Counted from the first letter of the stretch, positions 10,534-20,920 are shown. The stretch: 64,000 bases of DNA from Candidatus Micrarchaeota archaeon (GCA_038046805.1 JBBSVO010000006.1:103314-167313), one strand, 5' to 3'. Notes: generated from the letters alone by a model not told the origin. Translations and numbers: made by a program.

Positions 10534-11952
10534 TCACTTGCTTTTCGTCATTATTTCAAGTCCTTCGGGTTTTTTGTTCACGTTTCCTATTTTTACCCCA
10601 ATGATTGTTTTAACACCCTTATTGTGTGCAAGATCAACCAATCTTTGAGTAACTATCCCGTCAAATACTATTGCATGGACGTCTGTTACCTCTTCAAGCG
10701 CTTTTATTACGTCCCGCACTTGCATTTCTTTTACCCGTTCCATGCCGCTGTTGTAAAACCTTGCTTTCAAGGTGTTGCCCAGTTCTTCAAGCTCTTTCCA
10801 GAGTTCCTCCTTGCTTGTAATTACAACTGGCGGAACAACAGGCTGGATAGGGGCTACCTCGTTTCTCTCGGTTTTTTCGGCCCTTTCAATTCTTTCCGGT
10901 TTTTGTTCCACGGTCGCGGTTTTTTGGTATGGCCTTTCCACAGGTTGTTCAAACCTTCTTTCTGTTTGTTCAGTTTTCCTTTCAAACTGATGGAATACCG
11001 GAAGTCTCTGAGCTGGTTTTTGCACCAGTTCATCGCGTGGTTCATCGTACTGTCTTCTTTCAACACGTTCCATTCTCCTCGGTCTTTGATCCATACTGCG
11101 TCTTTTTGCCGCATCATCTCCGCCCTGCGAGCTGCTTTGTTCAAACGGAACCTTTCCGCGCAGGCATTTTATCAGCTCTTTTCTGGTTAGTTCTTCAACC
11201 TCTTTTCCAGTTGGTGCCCTTGCAACGAAGTCTATTTCTGCACCACCCTGAACGAGCTCGTTGAGGATTATGTCTCCTCCGCGGTCTCCATCAAGGAAGA
11301 CAGTGACCTCTTTTCCTTTGGATAACTCAATTATAGTTGGAGTTACCTTCGCACCTTGTATTGCGACCACGTTTGTTATATCGTTTTTCAAAAGGTTAAT
11401 TACGTCTGCCCTTCCTTCCACGAATACGACTTCGTTTGATCTGTCAATACCTGGTCCTGCTGGAAGTCTGTCTGGCCCATACTCTCCAATTTCAGCTATC
11501 TTTACCTCGTCGCGAACCATGTCAGATATTTCCTTGCTTTCTGGGAGTTCCACGTTTATGAGGTTTTTCAGCAGGCCCTTTGCCCTGTCAATGAGTATTT
11601 TTCTTTTCGCATTTCTGGTGTCTTCCACTTTTTGGACCTTTATATTTGCCTCGCATGGTCCAACTCGATCGACTGTTTCCAACGCCGCAGCTATAATGCA
11701 TGTTTCAACCATGTCAAGGCTGCTTGGAACCTTTATCATACCAATTGTTTTTCCATCTCGTCCGTTAAGGTCAACTTCTATTCGTCCGATTCTGCCGTTC
11801 TTTTGAAGATCGCGCAGGTCTAATTCATCACCTAACAATCCTTCCGTCTGGCCGAATATTGCCCCCACTACGTCTGGCTTTTCAACCAGCCCGCCTATTT
11901 CTACATTCGCATAAACTAAGTATTTTACGGTATCAATGTACGTTTTTGCCAT
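10534..11952 (-). CDS. dnaG: Archaeal DnaG primase/exosome-associated TOPRIM protein
   Basis: 472 aa. N-terminus MAKTYIDTVKY...GAIFGQTEGLLGDELDLRDLQKNGRIGRIEV is typical of archaeal DnaG. TOPRIM FVEGRADV...LDGDRGGD. Contains a ~108-aa charged linker. Confidence 0.9.
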   Translation of the reverse strand: MAKTYIDTVKYLVYANVEIGGLVEKPDVVGAIFGQTEGLLGDELDLRDLQKNGRIGRIEVDLNGRDGKTIGMIKVPSSLDMVETCIIAAALETVDRVGPCEANIKVQKVEDTRNAKRKILIDRAKGLLKNLINVELPESKEISDMVRDEVKIAEIGEYGPDRLPAGPGIDRSNEVVFVEGRADVINLLKNDITNVVAIQGAKVTPTIIELSKGKEVTVFLDGDRGGDIILNELVQGGAEIDFVARAPTGKEVEELTRKELIKCLRGKVPFEQSSSQGGDDAAKRRSMDQRPRRMERVERRQYDEPRDELVQKPAQRLPVFHQFERKTEQTERRFEQPVERPYQKTATVEQKPERIERAEKTERNEVAPIQPVVPPVVITSKEELWKELEELGNTLKARFYNSGMERVKEMQVRDVIKALEEVTDVHAIVFDGIVTQRLVDLAHNKGVKTIIGVKIGNVNKKPEGLEIMTKSK

Positions 11953-12054
11953 ATTTTCACCTCATTTTTTCGTATTTCCTTTTTTGTTTTTTAGTTTCTT
12001 TTTTTCATTTTTCTTAGTTCAATTCCTTTTCATTCACAAATCAAACGTAATCGT

Positions 12055-12462
12055 TCACTCTTTTGTTTCCTCTGTGAATTTTTCATAAGCCCGTGCCATA
12101 TCCTCAAAAAATCGGATACCTAACAGGCCTGCAATTGCCTTTCTCAATTCAATATCACATTTCACCCCATATCTTCCAAGTTCTTCGCGCACTTCAAGTG
12201 CGATTTCATTTCCGCGGTCATCTATATCTGTCAGGACGATTGCGTGGCCAGCACCAGTGGCTGCTGCCTTTTCACATGAGCTACGGGTTTTTCCCGAAAC
12301 CGTAAACACATTTTCACAACCAAGCTTTGCAAGTGCTTTTTTGTCCCGGTCTCCCTCCACTAACACAGGAGATTCGCGCAATTTTTGCATGAATTGGGCG
12401 AGTCTCTTAGTAGCAAGCTGCTTTTCTAATGGCTTCGAGTATCTGTTGCTCATCCCCATCAA
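12055..12462 (-). CDS. Small TOPRIM-domain protein (UPF0292-like)
   Basis: 135 aa. VLVEGDRDKKAL and VLTDIDDRGNE Toprim motifs. The 5' end overlaps the upstream gene by 56 nt, so the true start may be internal (for example 12390). Confidence 0.7.
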   Translation of the reverse strand: MMGMSNRYSKPLEKQLATKRLAQFMQKLRESPVLVEGDRDKKALAKLGCENVFTVSGKTRSSCEKAAATGAGHAIVLTDIDDRGNEIALEVREELGRYGVKCDIELRKAIAGLLGIRFFEDMARAYEKFTEETKE

Positions 12463-12676
12463 TCTCTAGCAGTTTTTTTCTGGAGGTCGCACCGCGAAGT
12501 ATTCTCACATTGCTTCCGGTGATTTCTGAAATCCTTTTCACAAGCTCTGCATTGCCCTTTCCCTTTTCTGGTTCTTTGGTTATGCTTATCCGCACTTCCT
12601 CTGAACCATCAGGCAATTTAACCAGTGTTATCCGGAATTTCTTTGACCTTGGAGTTATCCTAACATATAGCTGCAT
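12407..12676 (-). CDS. YggU/DUF167 family protein (UPF0235)
   Basis: 89 aa. Pattern VRITPRSKK...GKGNAELVKRISEITG..VRILRGATSRKK matches the DUF167 fold signature. Confidence 0.7.
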   Translation of the reverse strand: MQLYVRITPRSKKFRITLVKLPDGSEEVRISITKEPEKGKGNAELVKRISEITGSNVRILRGATSRKKLLEIDGDEQQILEAIRKAACY

Positions 12677-12808
12677 ACCCAGCTACTCTCCGGGTTCGTC
12701 GCAAAATTAGTAGGAAACATTTTGGATTTGCTGCGCATTGTTGACGCCCTTTTCATAGGTTTTACCTCGGGGGGCCATCCATGCACAGCATTTATCCATG
12801 AGCGTGAT

Positions 12809-13240
12809 TTATCTCAGAGCTGCTTGCTCTTCTATCAGGTCAATAACTGCTGGGAATATTCTCATAATATCCCCTTCACTCAGTACACCTATAAGCTCAT
12901 TTTTTTCATTAACTACTGGCAGTCTTTTTATCTTATTCTTTTTCATTGCCTTTGCCGCTTCTTCAAGGTTCGTTTCAGGACGAATTACTCTCAGCGGCTT
13001 TGACATTGCTTGATCTGCAGTAGCCTTATAAGGATCCTTTCCCTGCGCGATGATTTTTCCAACGATGTCTCTTTCAGTGATTATTCCAACGGCGTGTTTT
13101 CCCTCTTTATCAGTGGTTACGATTATGGAACCAATGCCGTGTTTTTTCATGAGTGTTGCTACTTCGCCAATCTTTTCGCTGGCAGGGGCTGATATGACCC
13201 TTTTAGTCATTATGTCTCCTACTGTTAGGTCTGAACCCAT
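12809..13240 (-). CDS. CBS-domain pair protein
   Basis: 143 aa. Two CBS-like units (VGDIMTKRVISA... and AMSKPLRVIRPETNLEEAAKAMKKNKIKRLPVV). Confidence 0.8.
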   Translation of the reverse strand: MGSDLTVGDIMTKRVISAPASEKIGEVATLMKKHGIGSIIVTTDKEGKHAVGIITERDIVGKIIAQGKDPYKATADQAMSKPLRVIRPETNLEEAAKAMKKNKIKRLPVVNEKNELIGVLSEGDIMRIFPAVIDLIEEQAALR

Positions 13241-13298
13241 AGTTAATTTTAGGTAGGATAAGGTATTTAAAGGCGAGTTTGCGCCGAGAACAACACGT

Positions 13299-14393
13299 TC
13301 ATTTCTTTTTTATTCGGAATATTCTCACATTTCCACGCTTTTCTTCCGCTCTCCTGCTTTCAAGGATACAACCAGATTCCATTTTTTCAAGATGTCTTCT
13401 TCCGGTTCTTTCCGCGATACCAAGTTTCTTGTAAATGTCCGTGCTTTCCAATTCTCCATCCCCCAGTAGCTCTAAAATTCGTTTTTCCAATTCGTTTATG
13501 CCGGTTTTATTATTTTCATTAACTGCTCCAATAACCGTGGTAATATGCTGTTTTGCAGCTTCCACGTCATCAGGGGTTATTTTTCCCCCATTTCTTGCTT
13601 CTGTTTCCCTTCCACTAAGCCACAACAATGTTATCCCTATTCTTGCATCTCCGCCATTCTTTGCGGCAAATGCGGCGCATTTTCCAATTACCTCTTCGTC
13701 ATACGTGTCATTGTAAATCCCCAAGGTTGCCCTTTCCGTAAGTATGCCCTTCATTTCTTCGGGAGAATACTGGTTAAATTTGATCGACATCTGTGCCATT
13801 GAGCTCCTTATTCTCTTGTCAAGCGCTATTACGAACTCGGGATTATTTGTTATTGCAATTACGGAAATTTCTATCCCTATGGTTTCTGAAGCACGCAGCA
13901 AATCGTAAAACACCTCGTGTTCATTCTTTTGCATGAGTGCATCTGCTTCGTCTAATACTACAATTGCAGTTTTTTTTGAATTTTTGAGATATGTTCCGAT
14001 TTTGTCAAGAATCCGGTCCACGGTCATGCCACTTTGCGGGGCAAGCGGATCAATTCTCTCCAGGATTCTTGTTAGTATAGAATGCCTTGTTCCGTTTTGC
14101 CAGCAGTTTATATATATTATAATCGCGCGTTGGGTATATTCCTGCAATTGCTTCAATACGTATTTTGTGCAGCAAGTCTTTCCAGTTCCTGGTGGTCCGC
14201 TCAAGATCATGCTTGGAATGCGTGCCTTTCGTTCCACTGCCTTGAATGCCAGGGCCATTTCGTGGATTTCTTTTTCCCTTCCAATAATCTCTTCTGGCGA
14301 ATAGTCTGCATTGAAGACGCGTTCGTCTCTGAAAATAAGATTTTCTGACTTAGAATCCCGGAAAATGTTCACAAAGTATATTCGAAAAATCAA
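13299..14393 (-). CDS. cdc6: Orc1/Cdc6 replication initiator
   Basis: 364 aa. Walker A GPPGTGKT, Walker B VVLDEAD, AAA+ lid and C-terminal winged-helix segment. N-terminal LIFRDERVFNADYSPEEIIGREKEI is typical of the family. Confidence 0.9.
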   Translation of the reverse strand: MIFRIYFVNIFRDSKSENLIFRDERVFNADYSPEEIIGREKEIHEMALAFKAVERKARIPSMILSGPPGTGKTCCTKYVLKQLQEYTQRAIIIYINCWQNGTRHSILTRILERIDPLAPQSGMTVDRILDKIGTYLKNSKKTAIVVLDEADALMQKNEHEVFYDLLRASETIGIEISVIAITNNPEFVIALDKRIRSSMAQMSIKFNQYSPEEMKGILTERATLGIYNDTYDEEVIGKCAAFAAKNGGDARIGITLLWLSGRETEARNGGKITPDDVEAAKQHITTVIGAVNENNKTGINELEKRILELLGDGELESTDIYKKLGIAERTGRRHLEKMESGCILESRRAEEKRGNVRIFRIKKK

Positions 14394-14423
14394 TTTATTA
14401 ATATTGCGAGAGCAGATGTTTCA

Positions 14424-15758
14424 ATGGCTCCCACCAAAATGCAAGGCTTCAAATCCAAGATCACCCCTAATCATCATGACCACTGGTCTTCCCATCTCGT
14501 ATTCATACTCGCAGCCATCGGCTCAGCAGTCGGAGTAGGCAATATCTGGCGATTCCCTTATCTTGCAGGGGAGAATGGCGGAGGCACATTTATCGCGGCA
14601 TATCTGGTTGCGGTTGCGGTAATTGGAGCACCGCTTCTTTTGCTCGAATTCATTGCCGGAAAGGCATTTGCATGTTCTGCGCTTCGCGCGTGCGAACAGA
14701 TAAGCAAAAAATTTTCCCTGTTTTATTATGCTAACTTCGCAATGCTGCTCATCATCTTCTCTTATTATATCGTTGTCACTGGTTGGACTCTCGGATATTT
14801 TCTCCTATCGCTTTTCGGGATTTTCATCCCGTTTTCCCAGTTTTCAGCAACCTATCTCTCTCTTATTTTTGCGGCAATCGTTGTCCTAATCCAGTTTTTC
14901 ATAGCTCGCGTTGACATCAAGGCAGGATTGGAGAAGATTAACACGTTTCTTCCACCGCTATTGTTCATCTCACTCATCATCCTTCTTGCAAATGCGTTTT
15001 CATTCAAAAATCTCGACAAGGCATTTGCATTCTACACGACCATAAATGTGCCAGCCCTTTTCAGCAATTCAAACCTCTGGGTTGTCGCAATCTCCCAGGC
15101 GATTTTTTCGCTCAGCATCGGATATGGGATAATGCTTACTTATGGGAGCTATCTGAAAAAGCGCGAAGAGCTCTTCAAAACAACGTTTGCCATAGTAAGC
15201 GCCGATACTGTCGTTTCCCTTATCGCATGCTTTGTGATATTTGCCTTCGTATTCGCGTTCGGTATTGCCCCTAATTCTGGACCATCGCTTGCATTTGAAT
15301 CATTACCGCTTGCGTTCCAGCAGATTCCATACGGCGGTTTCCTGATGCCGATTTTCTTTTTCCTTTTGTTCGCCGCTGCGACAACTTCCGCTGTTTCTAT
15401 GTCTGAACTTGCGATATGCAACATTGAGGAAAAATTCGGAATGAACCGGAAACGCGCATCCGTGATTCTTCTCGGCTTGCTGACACTGTTAATGCTTCCA
15501 TCCGCCCTTAGCTATTCCCCGTTGAATTTCCAGATTGACGGTTCAAAGGTCCTGGATTTCCTTGATGAAAAATTGGTCGGGCATTTCTCCCCGCTAGTTG
15601 TCCTGATTCTTGTGCTTTATCTTGGTCATGGGTATAAACATCTTGAGATGCACGTGCGTGCGGATTTGCCAAAACAATTTGTTGTTCCATTTCTTCTCGT
15701 GGTCCGTTATCTGGTTCCGTTCCTGTTGTTCGGATTTTTCGTGAGGCAGTTCTTGTGA
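14424..15758 (+). CDS. Sodium:neurotransmitter symporter family (NSS/SNF) transporter
   Basis: 444 aa, polytopic. GSAVGVGNIWRFPYLAGENGGGTF signature in TM1. Confidence 0.85.
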   Translation: MAPTKMQGFKSKITPNHHDHWSSHLVFILAAIGSAVGVGNIWRFPYLAGENGGGTFIAAYLVAVAVIGAPLLLLEFIAGKAFACSALRACEQISKKFSLFYYANFAMLLIIFSYYIVVTGWTLGYFLLSLFGIFIPFSQFSATYLSLIFAAIVVLIQFFIARVDIKAGLEKINTFLPPLLFISLIILLANAFSFKNLDKAFAFYTTINVPALFSNSNLWVVAISQAIFSLSIGYGIMLTYGSYLKKREELFKTTFAIVSADTVVSLIACFVIFAFVFAFGIAPNSGPSLAFESLPLAFQQIPYGGFLMPIFFFLLFAAATTSAVSMSELAICNIEEKFGMNRKRASVILLGLLTLLMLPSALSYSPLNFQIDGSKVLDFLDEKLVGHFSPLVVLILVLYLGHGYKHLEMHVRADLPKQFVVPFLLVVRYLVPFLLFGFFVRQFL

Positions 15759-15865
15759 TATCTTGTCATGGACCCTGAGCAGTGAGAATTACAATTATAA
15801 ATCCTGTGCTGGTCATCTGGGCATTACCCTTTTAATCCCCTGTCGCAATATTCCATTTGATTCTT

Positions 15866-17116
15866 ATGAGAATTTACATTTCAGATGCGAAAAAGGAAAA
15901 GGGAAAGAGCGTTCTTATCTCCGGGTGGGTACACGAGATACGAGACCTTGGAAAGATGAAATTCATTCTTGTCAGGGATCAGAGCGGCACAATGCAGGTT
16001 ACAATGAAAAAGGGCGTTGTACCTGATGCAGTAATGGATTCAGCAGTAATGAACCGCGAGGACGTTGTCTCATTTGAAGGCGAGGTAAAAGAAAACAAAA
16101 TAGCACCAGACGGAGTAGAATTAATCCCAATCTCTTTCCAGCTTTTGGGCAAGGTTGAACGTAAGCTTCCGGTTGATCCAAGTGGAGTTGTTCCATCAGA
16201 GCTTGATACGCGACTTGATCATCGCTATGTAGATCTGAGAACTCCGCGCGTTCTGAATATCTTCAAGGCAAAATCTGTGCTTGCAAATGCCTTTAGGGAA
16301 AAGGTGCTTGAGCTTGGTTTCACGGAAATTCATACTCCGTCTATTACCGGAGCTGCAACTGAAGGCGGAACAGATGTTTTTCCAATCACATATTTTGAAA
16401 ACAAGGCATATCTGGTTCAATCTCCTCAGCTCTACAAACAACTTGCAGTTATTGGGGGACTTGATCGGGTGTTTATGACTACTCCCGTCTTCCGTGCGGA
16501 AAAACACAATACAACTACGCATCTAAACGAAGTTGTTCAGATGGATATTGAAATGGGTTTTGCAGATCATCAGGTTGTAATGGATTATCTTGAAATCGTT
16601 GTTTTGCATATGCTTCACAAGGTGGGTGCTCTTGCTCCGGCAAAAGTAATCCGACGCCATACCTATTCCAGCCTTGTTGATGAGCTGAACCGCCATGGAT
16701 TCAAGATGGAATGGGGAGAAGATTTTTCAAAGGAAGCAGAAAAGAAAATTACCGAGATTCTGGGCGAGGAGCTTTATTTTATCTATGACTGGCCAACAAA
16801 GGCGCGTGCATTTTATTCAATGCCAAGTGAAAAGAACCCGGAAATCTGCCATGCATTTGATCTCATTTACAAAGGCCTTGAAATAGCAAGTGGGGCGCAG
16901 AGAATTCATAAAGTTGATTTGCTGGAAAAGCAGTTGCAGAGCCGTGGTCTAGACCCTAATAAATTTGAATTTTACTTAAATGCGTTCAGAATGGGTGCAC
17001 CGCCACATGCCGGATGGTCCATTGGCCTTGAGCGGATTACAATGAAGGCGACAAACCAGGATAATATCCGCGAGTGCGTGCTGTTTCCAAGGGATAGGAT
17101 GAGACTGAGCCCGTAA
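15866..17116 (+). CDS. aspS: Aspartyl-tRNA synthetase, archaeal type
   Basis: OB-fold N-terminus (ISGWVHEIRDLGKMKFILVRD), class II motif 2 FRAE, motif 3 GLERITM. I prefer the ATG at 15866 to the TTG at 15857 used by the track. Confidence 0.9.
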   Translation: MRIYISDAKKEKGKSVLISGWVHEIRDLGKMKFILVRDQSGTMQVTMKKGVVPDAVMDSAVMNREDVVSFEGEVKENKIAPDGVELIPISFQLLGKVERKLPVDPSGVVPSELDTRLDHRYVDLRTPRVLNIFKAKSVLANAFREKVLELGFTEIHTPSITGAATEGGTDVFPITYFENKAYLVQSPQLYKQLAVIGGLDRVFMTTPVFRAEKHNTTTHLNEVVQMDIEMGFADHQVVMDYLEIVVLHMLHKVGALAPAKVIRRHTYSSLVDELNRHGFKMEWGEDFSKEAEKKITEILGEELYFIYDWPTKARAFYSMPSEKNPEICHAFDLIYKGLEIASGAQRIHKVDLLEKQLQSRGLDPNKFEFYLNAFRMGAPPHAGWSIGLERITMKATNQDNIRECVLFPRDRMRLSP

Positions 17117-17140
17117 ATTGCGTCTCGGGCTTAGTCTTGC

Positions 17141-17992
17141 CTAGCGTAATCTTCCAGTATTATCTGTTACTTCCAATACCATCCCATAAAGTGCAGCTGA
17201 TCCACTAACTGCAGAAATAGTGTCTTCTCGTCTTCCGTATCCATAGGAACCAACCCCAAGAACTACTGGGCCACAATAGTCTCGATTCTTTTTTAGGCAC
17301 AATCTTCTTAATGGTCCGGGCGTTTCCCCTATTTGTATCGTGTGTGGAATCATTGTTTTCGGATCCAATGCTGCCCAATTGCTTCCCCAGAAATGGAATC
17401 CCGATACTTCAAGCAACCTGCTATCTGGAATATCTACTACTGTTTCCCGAATCGTGGTCTCGCCGCGCCTTATCTTTGTCATAATCTCTTCAAGAGAAAT
17501 ATCTCGCAATAATTCTGGCAAATAGCCGCCCCCGATTTTTGGAATCTCCACACTAAAATCAGCTGTTGATAAACCAATAGCTACCAATGCGATATTTTCT
17601 CTTCCTTCGTATTTTCCCGTAGAAAGAAGTCTTGCTCTGTAAGATTTTCCAGTTCCATCTTTATAATCATGGACAATCGTGCTTCCAAGCACGTGTCCTT
17701 TTGCAATGAAAAGTGCCTGGTCAACAAAGAAATCAGTAGCCATTCCTAAAGATGGTTTAAATTTATGTTCAGTTACTAGGTGCTGTCCCAAGTGTGGGTC
17801 AATTATTCTAGCTTGCAATCTGCTTCTTCGCCGTAATGCGCTAAATCCTTCAACTTCTGCATAAGCAAGTGCCCAGGGAAAACCTTCCTTTTGTCCAGAG
17901 TCTGCATGTACATATGCATGTCTTGTTCCCTCAAATCTTGTCAAAAGATTTTTGCTTCTAGCTGGTTCTTGTTGTTTAAATTTCATAACCAT
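17141..17992 (-). CDS. Hypothetical protein
   Basis: 283-aa ORF with balanced composition and no motif I recognise. Confidence 0.55.
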   Translation of the reverse strand: MVMKFKQQEPARSKNLLTRFEGTRHAYVHADSGQKEGFPWALAYAEVEGFSALRRRSRLQARIIDPHLGQHLVTEHKFKPSLGMATDFFVDQALFIAKGHVLGSTIVHDYKDGTGKSYRARLLSTGKYEGRENIALVAIGLSTADFSVEIPKIGGGYLPELLRDISLEEIMTKIRRGETTIRETVVDIPDSRLLEVSGFHFWGSNWAALDPKTMIPHTIQIGETPGPLRRLCLKKNRDYCGPVVLGVGSYGYGRREDTISAVSGSAALYGMVLEVTDNTGRLR

Positions 17993-18120
17993 ATTATTTA
18001 CCCCCTTAGCATTTGTTATTTTGTTTCAATTCTTTGAATCCAAGTCTTTAAATACCTATTTTTTAACACAAAAAGTCATCAGAACAATTCCTATTTAATT
18101 TTTCCCTCATATCTATTCTC

Positions 18121-18849
18121 ATGACCATTTTAGTTACCAACGATGACGGCTACACCGAAGGTCTTTGCGCGCTTCTTGAAGTCGCAAAAAAAATTGACAA
18201 AAAGGCGCATGCAGTCATTCCAAACCGCCAGCGTTCCGCAGTTTCAAACAGCCTCACGCTTCACAAGCCTCTGCGGTTCCACAGGGTTGCGGATTCTGTT
18301 GGCGAGCTTAGTGGAACACCTGCCGACTGCGTGCTGTTTTCGCTATTTTCAGGAGAGGTTGAGCCCCCCAAGCTCGTTCTTTCAGGGATAAATTTCGGGG
18401 ATAATTGTGGAATGGATAGCCTGCTTGGCTCTGGAACTCTTGGTGCATGCTGGGAATCTGTTCTTGAAGGAATTCCTGCAATTGCATTTTCAATGTTCCG
18501 CAGTTCAAGAGACTGGAGGGACAAAACCAATTGGGGTGATATTCCGCATGGGCATGAGAAAATAGAGGAAATCGTTCGCATGTTGAAGCCGAAACTCGAT
18601 AGTGATTCATTTTTCAGCGTTCAGCTCCCTCAAAAGTTCCTTGATGCCGAAATTGTTTTCAACAACAATCTCCAGCGCCTTAGGTTCAAGGCATTTATTG
18701 ACAAGAGAAAAGACCCTTACGGGACTCCGTATTTCTGGCAGCATGGGGATTTCGGCAGGTATGAAAAAGGAACCGACATAAGCGATGTGCGAGATGGAAA
18801 AATAGTGATAAGCAAAATCGGTCTCGGTGCGTTTAAGAATATTAAATAA
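18121..18849 (+). CDS. surE: 5'/3'-nucleotidase SurE
   Basis: 242 aa. N-terminus ILVTNDDGY and SGINFGDN motifs. Confidence 0.9.
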   Translation: MTILVTNDDGYTEGLCALLEVAKKIDKKAHAVIPNRQRSAVSNSLTLHKPLRFHRVADSVGELSGTPADCVLFSLFSGEVEPPKLVLSGINFGDNCGMDSLLGSGTLGACWESVLEGIPAIAFSMFRSSRDWRDKTNWGDIPHGHEKIEEIVRMLKPKLDSDSFFSVQLPQKFLDAEIVFNNNLQRLRFKAFIDKRKDPYGTPYFWQHGDFGRYEKGTDISDVRDGKIVISKIGLGAFKNIK

Positions 18850-18869
18850 TATAATTTATTTTGATATCA

Positions 18870-19346
18870 ATGAACTGGAAATCCCATTGTTTGATCGCGT
18901 TCTTTCTTTCGCTCTCCGTTTTCTATTTTGTTTTCTCAGTCCGCGATGCGGACCAACTTCCTCAACTTCTCGTTCTTTCAATTTTTTCCGCACTAAGCGC
19001 GCTTGTCCCTGATTTGGACCATGACATAAGCAAGGGAAGGAAGTTGCTGGATATTGTAGCAATCGTTCTCGCGCTCGCATTAGCTGCTTATTTTTATTTT
19101 TTTAATTCCGCTTCTTTTGGTTCAGGATTTTCCGGTTCATTAATCGTTTTTCTCGCAATAATCGGCGCATACTTTATTGCATTCAAAATTCTGAAACCAT
19201 CTCACCGAGGGATAACACATTCTATTGTCTTGTGTTTTGCGTTTAGTGTTTTGGTTTATTTGATTGCAGGTTTTCAGCTTGCAGTTGCAGGATTTGTAGG
19301 CTATTTTTCACATCTACTGGCGGATAAGGAGATGAAAGTTCTATAA
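18870..19346 (+). CDS. Membrane-bound metal-dependent hydrolase, YdjM/DUF457-like
   Basis: Four hydrophobic segments with LVPDLDH and HRGITHS motifs. ATG at 18870 chosen over the TTG at 18861. Confidence 0.65.
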   Translation: MNWKSHCLIAFFLSLSVFYFVFSVRDADQLPQLLVLSIFSALSALVPDLDHDISKGRKLLDIVAIVLALALAAYFYFFNSASFGSGFSGSLIVFLAIIGAYFIAFKILKPSHRGITHSIVLCFAFSVLVYLIAGFQLAVAGFVGYFSHLLADKEMKVL

Positions 19347-19377
19347 TAGCCCACGGCCCATTGCTCATGGCCCATAG

Positions 19378-19809
19378 CTACAGGGTATTCGGCTTTTTTA
19401 TTTCGCATCTAATGTCTATCGGTTTATCCATCCTGGTTTGGATTATTCCATCCTTGTTATACAAATAGAGCGCAATCGTGCATCTGTACATCTGCGGATT
19501 TGTGTATGTGTTAGCGTAAACTCGCACAGATTTTTCGATGTATTCGCTGCCATCAACTATTCCTATGCGCACTCTTCCCTTGCGCAGGCTGTTGTCCGGG
19601 CTTAAGGAAAGCCTTTCTGGCACGTTTATGTCTGCCTCTGCCCAATACTTTTCCTTTCCGTCGTTTTCCACCCTTACTATGACTTCTATATGGTTTGGCG
19701 AATACGCGAAAACTATTTGGGGGTGCGTCCTTAATGTCAGGTTTGGCATGTTTGGACATTCGGCTTTAAACTTTAAAAGAGGATTGTTTGTATATGTCGC
19801 GTATATCAT
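19378..19809 (-). CDS. Hypothetical protein (beta-rich)
   Basis: 143-aa ORF, no recognised motif. Confidence 0.5.
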   Translation of the reverse strand: MIYATYTNNPLLKFKAECPNMPNLTLRTHPQIVFAYSPNHIEVIVRVENDGKEKYWAEADINVPERLSLSPDNSLRKGRVRIGIVDGSEYIEKSVRVYANTYTNPQMYRCTIALYLYNKDGIIQTRMDKPIDIRCEIKKPNTL

Positions 19810-19818
19810 TTGGCCGAC

Positions 19819-20412
19819 TCATAGTGGTTTCTGACTTCTGCTAATTCCTTCAGCTATTCCCTCTTTTATAGCGGATAATGCTTCTGAGGCTGTTGGCGGA
19901 AGAACTTCCTTAAGCCCGACTCCTATAAAATCAGATATTTGTTTGGCTTCCTTTCGCTTTTTTTCATTAGGCGAACTCAAAACATCCATGATGCCTGCGG
20001 ATACTCTTCCGAATTCCAGAGACGTCTCCTCCCCGTTTTTCAGAGCAAAAATCAAGCTGTATTGATAATATTGTTTTCCCCGTGATGAATGTCCGATATA
20101 ACTTTTGAGAATTAATTCTTTAATTTCATCAAACCCAAATTCTTTGGATTCTTTTTTTAGAATGCTCTGAAACGAGAGAGAACATTTCCGTTGTTCCTTG
20201 TCCAACGTAACCGTAATTGATTTTGTGGTTAATATGAGGTATACTCCCACAAGGCCAAAAACAACTCCGATCGCAAGTGCAGCAAGGTTTGCAGGTCCGG
20301 AGAAAAATGCAATTCCAATCCCGAATGCGGAAAAAATTATTCCACCCGCGAAATTTGTTATGTTGTGATCCTTCAGAACCATTTTTGCCGGATCATCAGT
20401 GATAATCTTCAT
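19819..20412 (-). CDS. Hypothetical membrane protein
   Basis: 197 aa. Two adjacent hydrophobic helices (FAGGIIFSAFGIGIAFF, ALAIGVVFGLVGVYLIL) followed by a soluble domain. Confidence 0.55.
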   Translation of the reverse strand: MKIITDDPAKMVLKDHNITNFAGGIIFSAFGIGIAFFSGPANLAALAIGVVFGLVGVYLILTTKSITVTLDKEQRKCSLSFQSILKKESKEFGFDEIKELILKSYIGHSSRGKQYYQYSLIFALKNGEETSLEFGRVSAGIMDVLSSPNEKKRKEAKQISDFIGVGLKEVLPPTASEALSAIKEGIAEGISRSQKPL

Positions 20413-20470
20413 AGCGCATCAGTTTCGTTATCCCAGCAATCTTTTTATTGCTTGCATTGCTATCAAAATC

Positions 20471-20920
20471 ATGATTCCAGAATCAAGACTCATAAAATCA
20501 GAAATAACCCTTAGGGATCTTTCCCTGCCAGATGACATCAAACTCTCCCGCAAATCCCTGATACGCTGGCTTGCGCTTTCCCTGGGGTTAATATCTCCAA
20601 ATGAAAGCCGCAGGCTTCTTCTGGATATTCTTGATATTTTAATCTCTTTTCATGTGAAAAACGAGCAGCCCACAACCATACAGATATTAGAGACTCTGGA
20701 AAAATCCGGAGAGAAAAAATTCCATCCAAAAGCAGTTTATTATCATCTCCTGAGGCTCAAGGAAAGTGGTTTCATATCCCGTAAAAAGGGGCATTATTAT
20801 ATAGGGGATGGCGATAGCGGAAAACTCTCCCATATTTTCAGAAGAATATACTCCCAGAAATCCGAGAATGTGTTCAAAAAGGTAGACGAGGCATTTTCTT
20901 CAGTTGAATCGGGGTATTAA
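20471..20920 (+). CDS. Putative winged-helix transcriptional regulator
   Basis: Start moved to the ATG at 20471 to avoid overlap with the convergent gene. Segment TTIQILETLEKSGEKKFHPKAVYYHLLRLKESGFISRKKGHYYI looks like a wHTH. Confidence 0.5.
   Translation: MIPESRLIKSEITLRDLSLPDDIKLSRKSLIRWLALSLGLISPNESRRLLLDILDILISFHVKNEQPTTIQILETLEKSGEKKFHPKAVYYHLLRLKESGFISRKKGHYYIGDGDSGKLSHIFRRIYSQKSENVFKKVDEAFSSVESGY

Noticed and set aside
13241-14423. Replication origin (ORB elements/DUE) next to orc1/cdc6
   Set aside because: Only 30 bp separate cdc6 from the divergent transporter gene and 58 bp lie downstream. No ORB-like repeats or AT-rich unwinding element are visible there.
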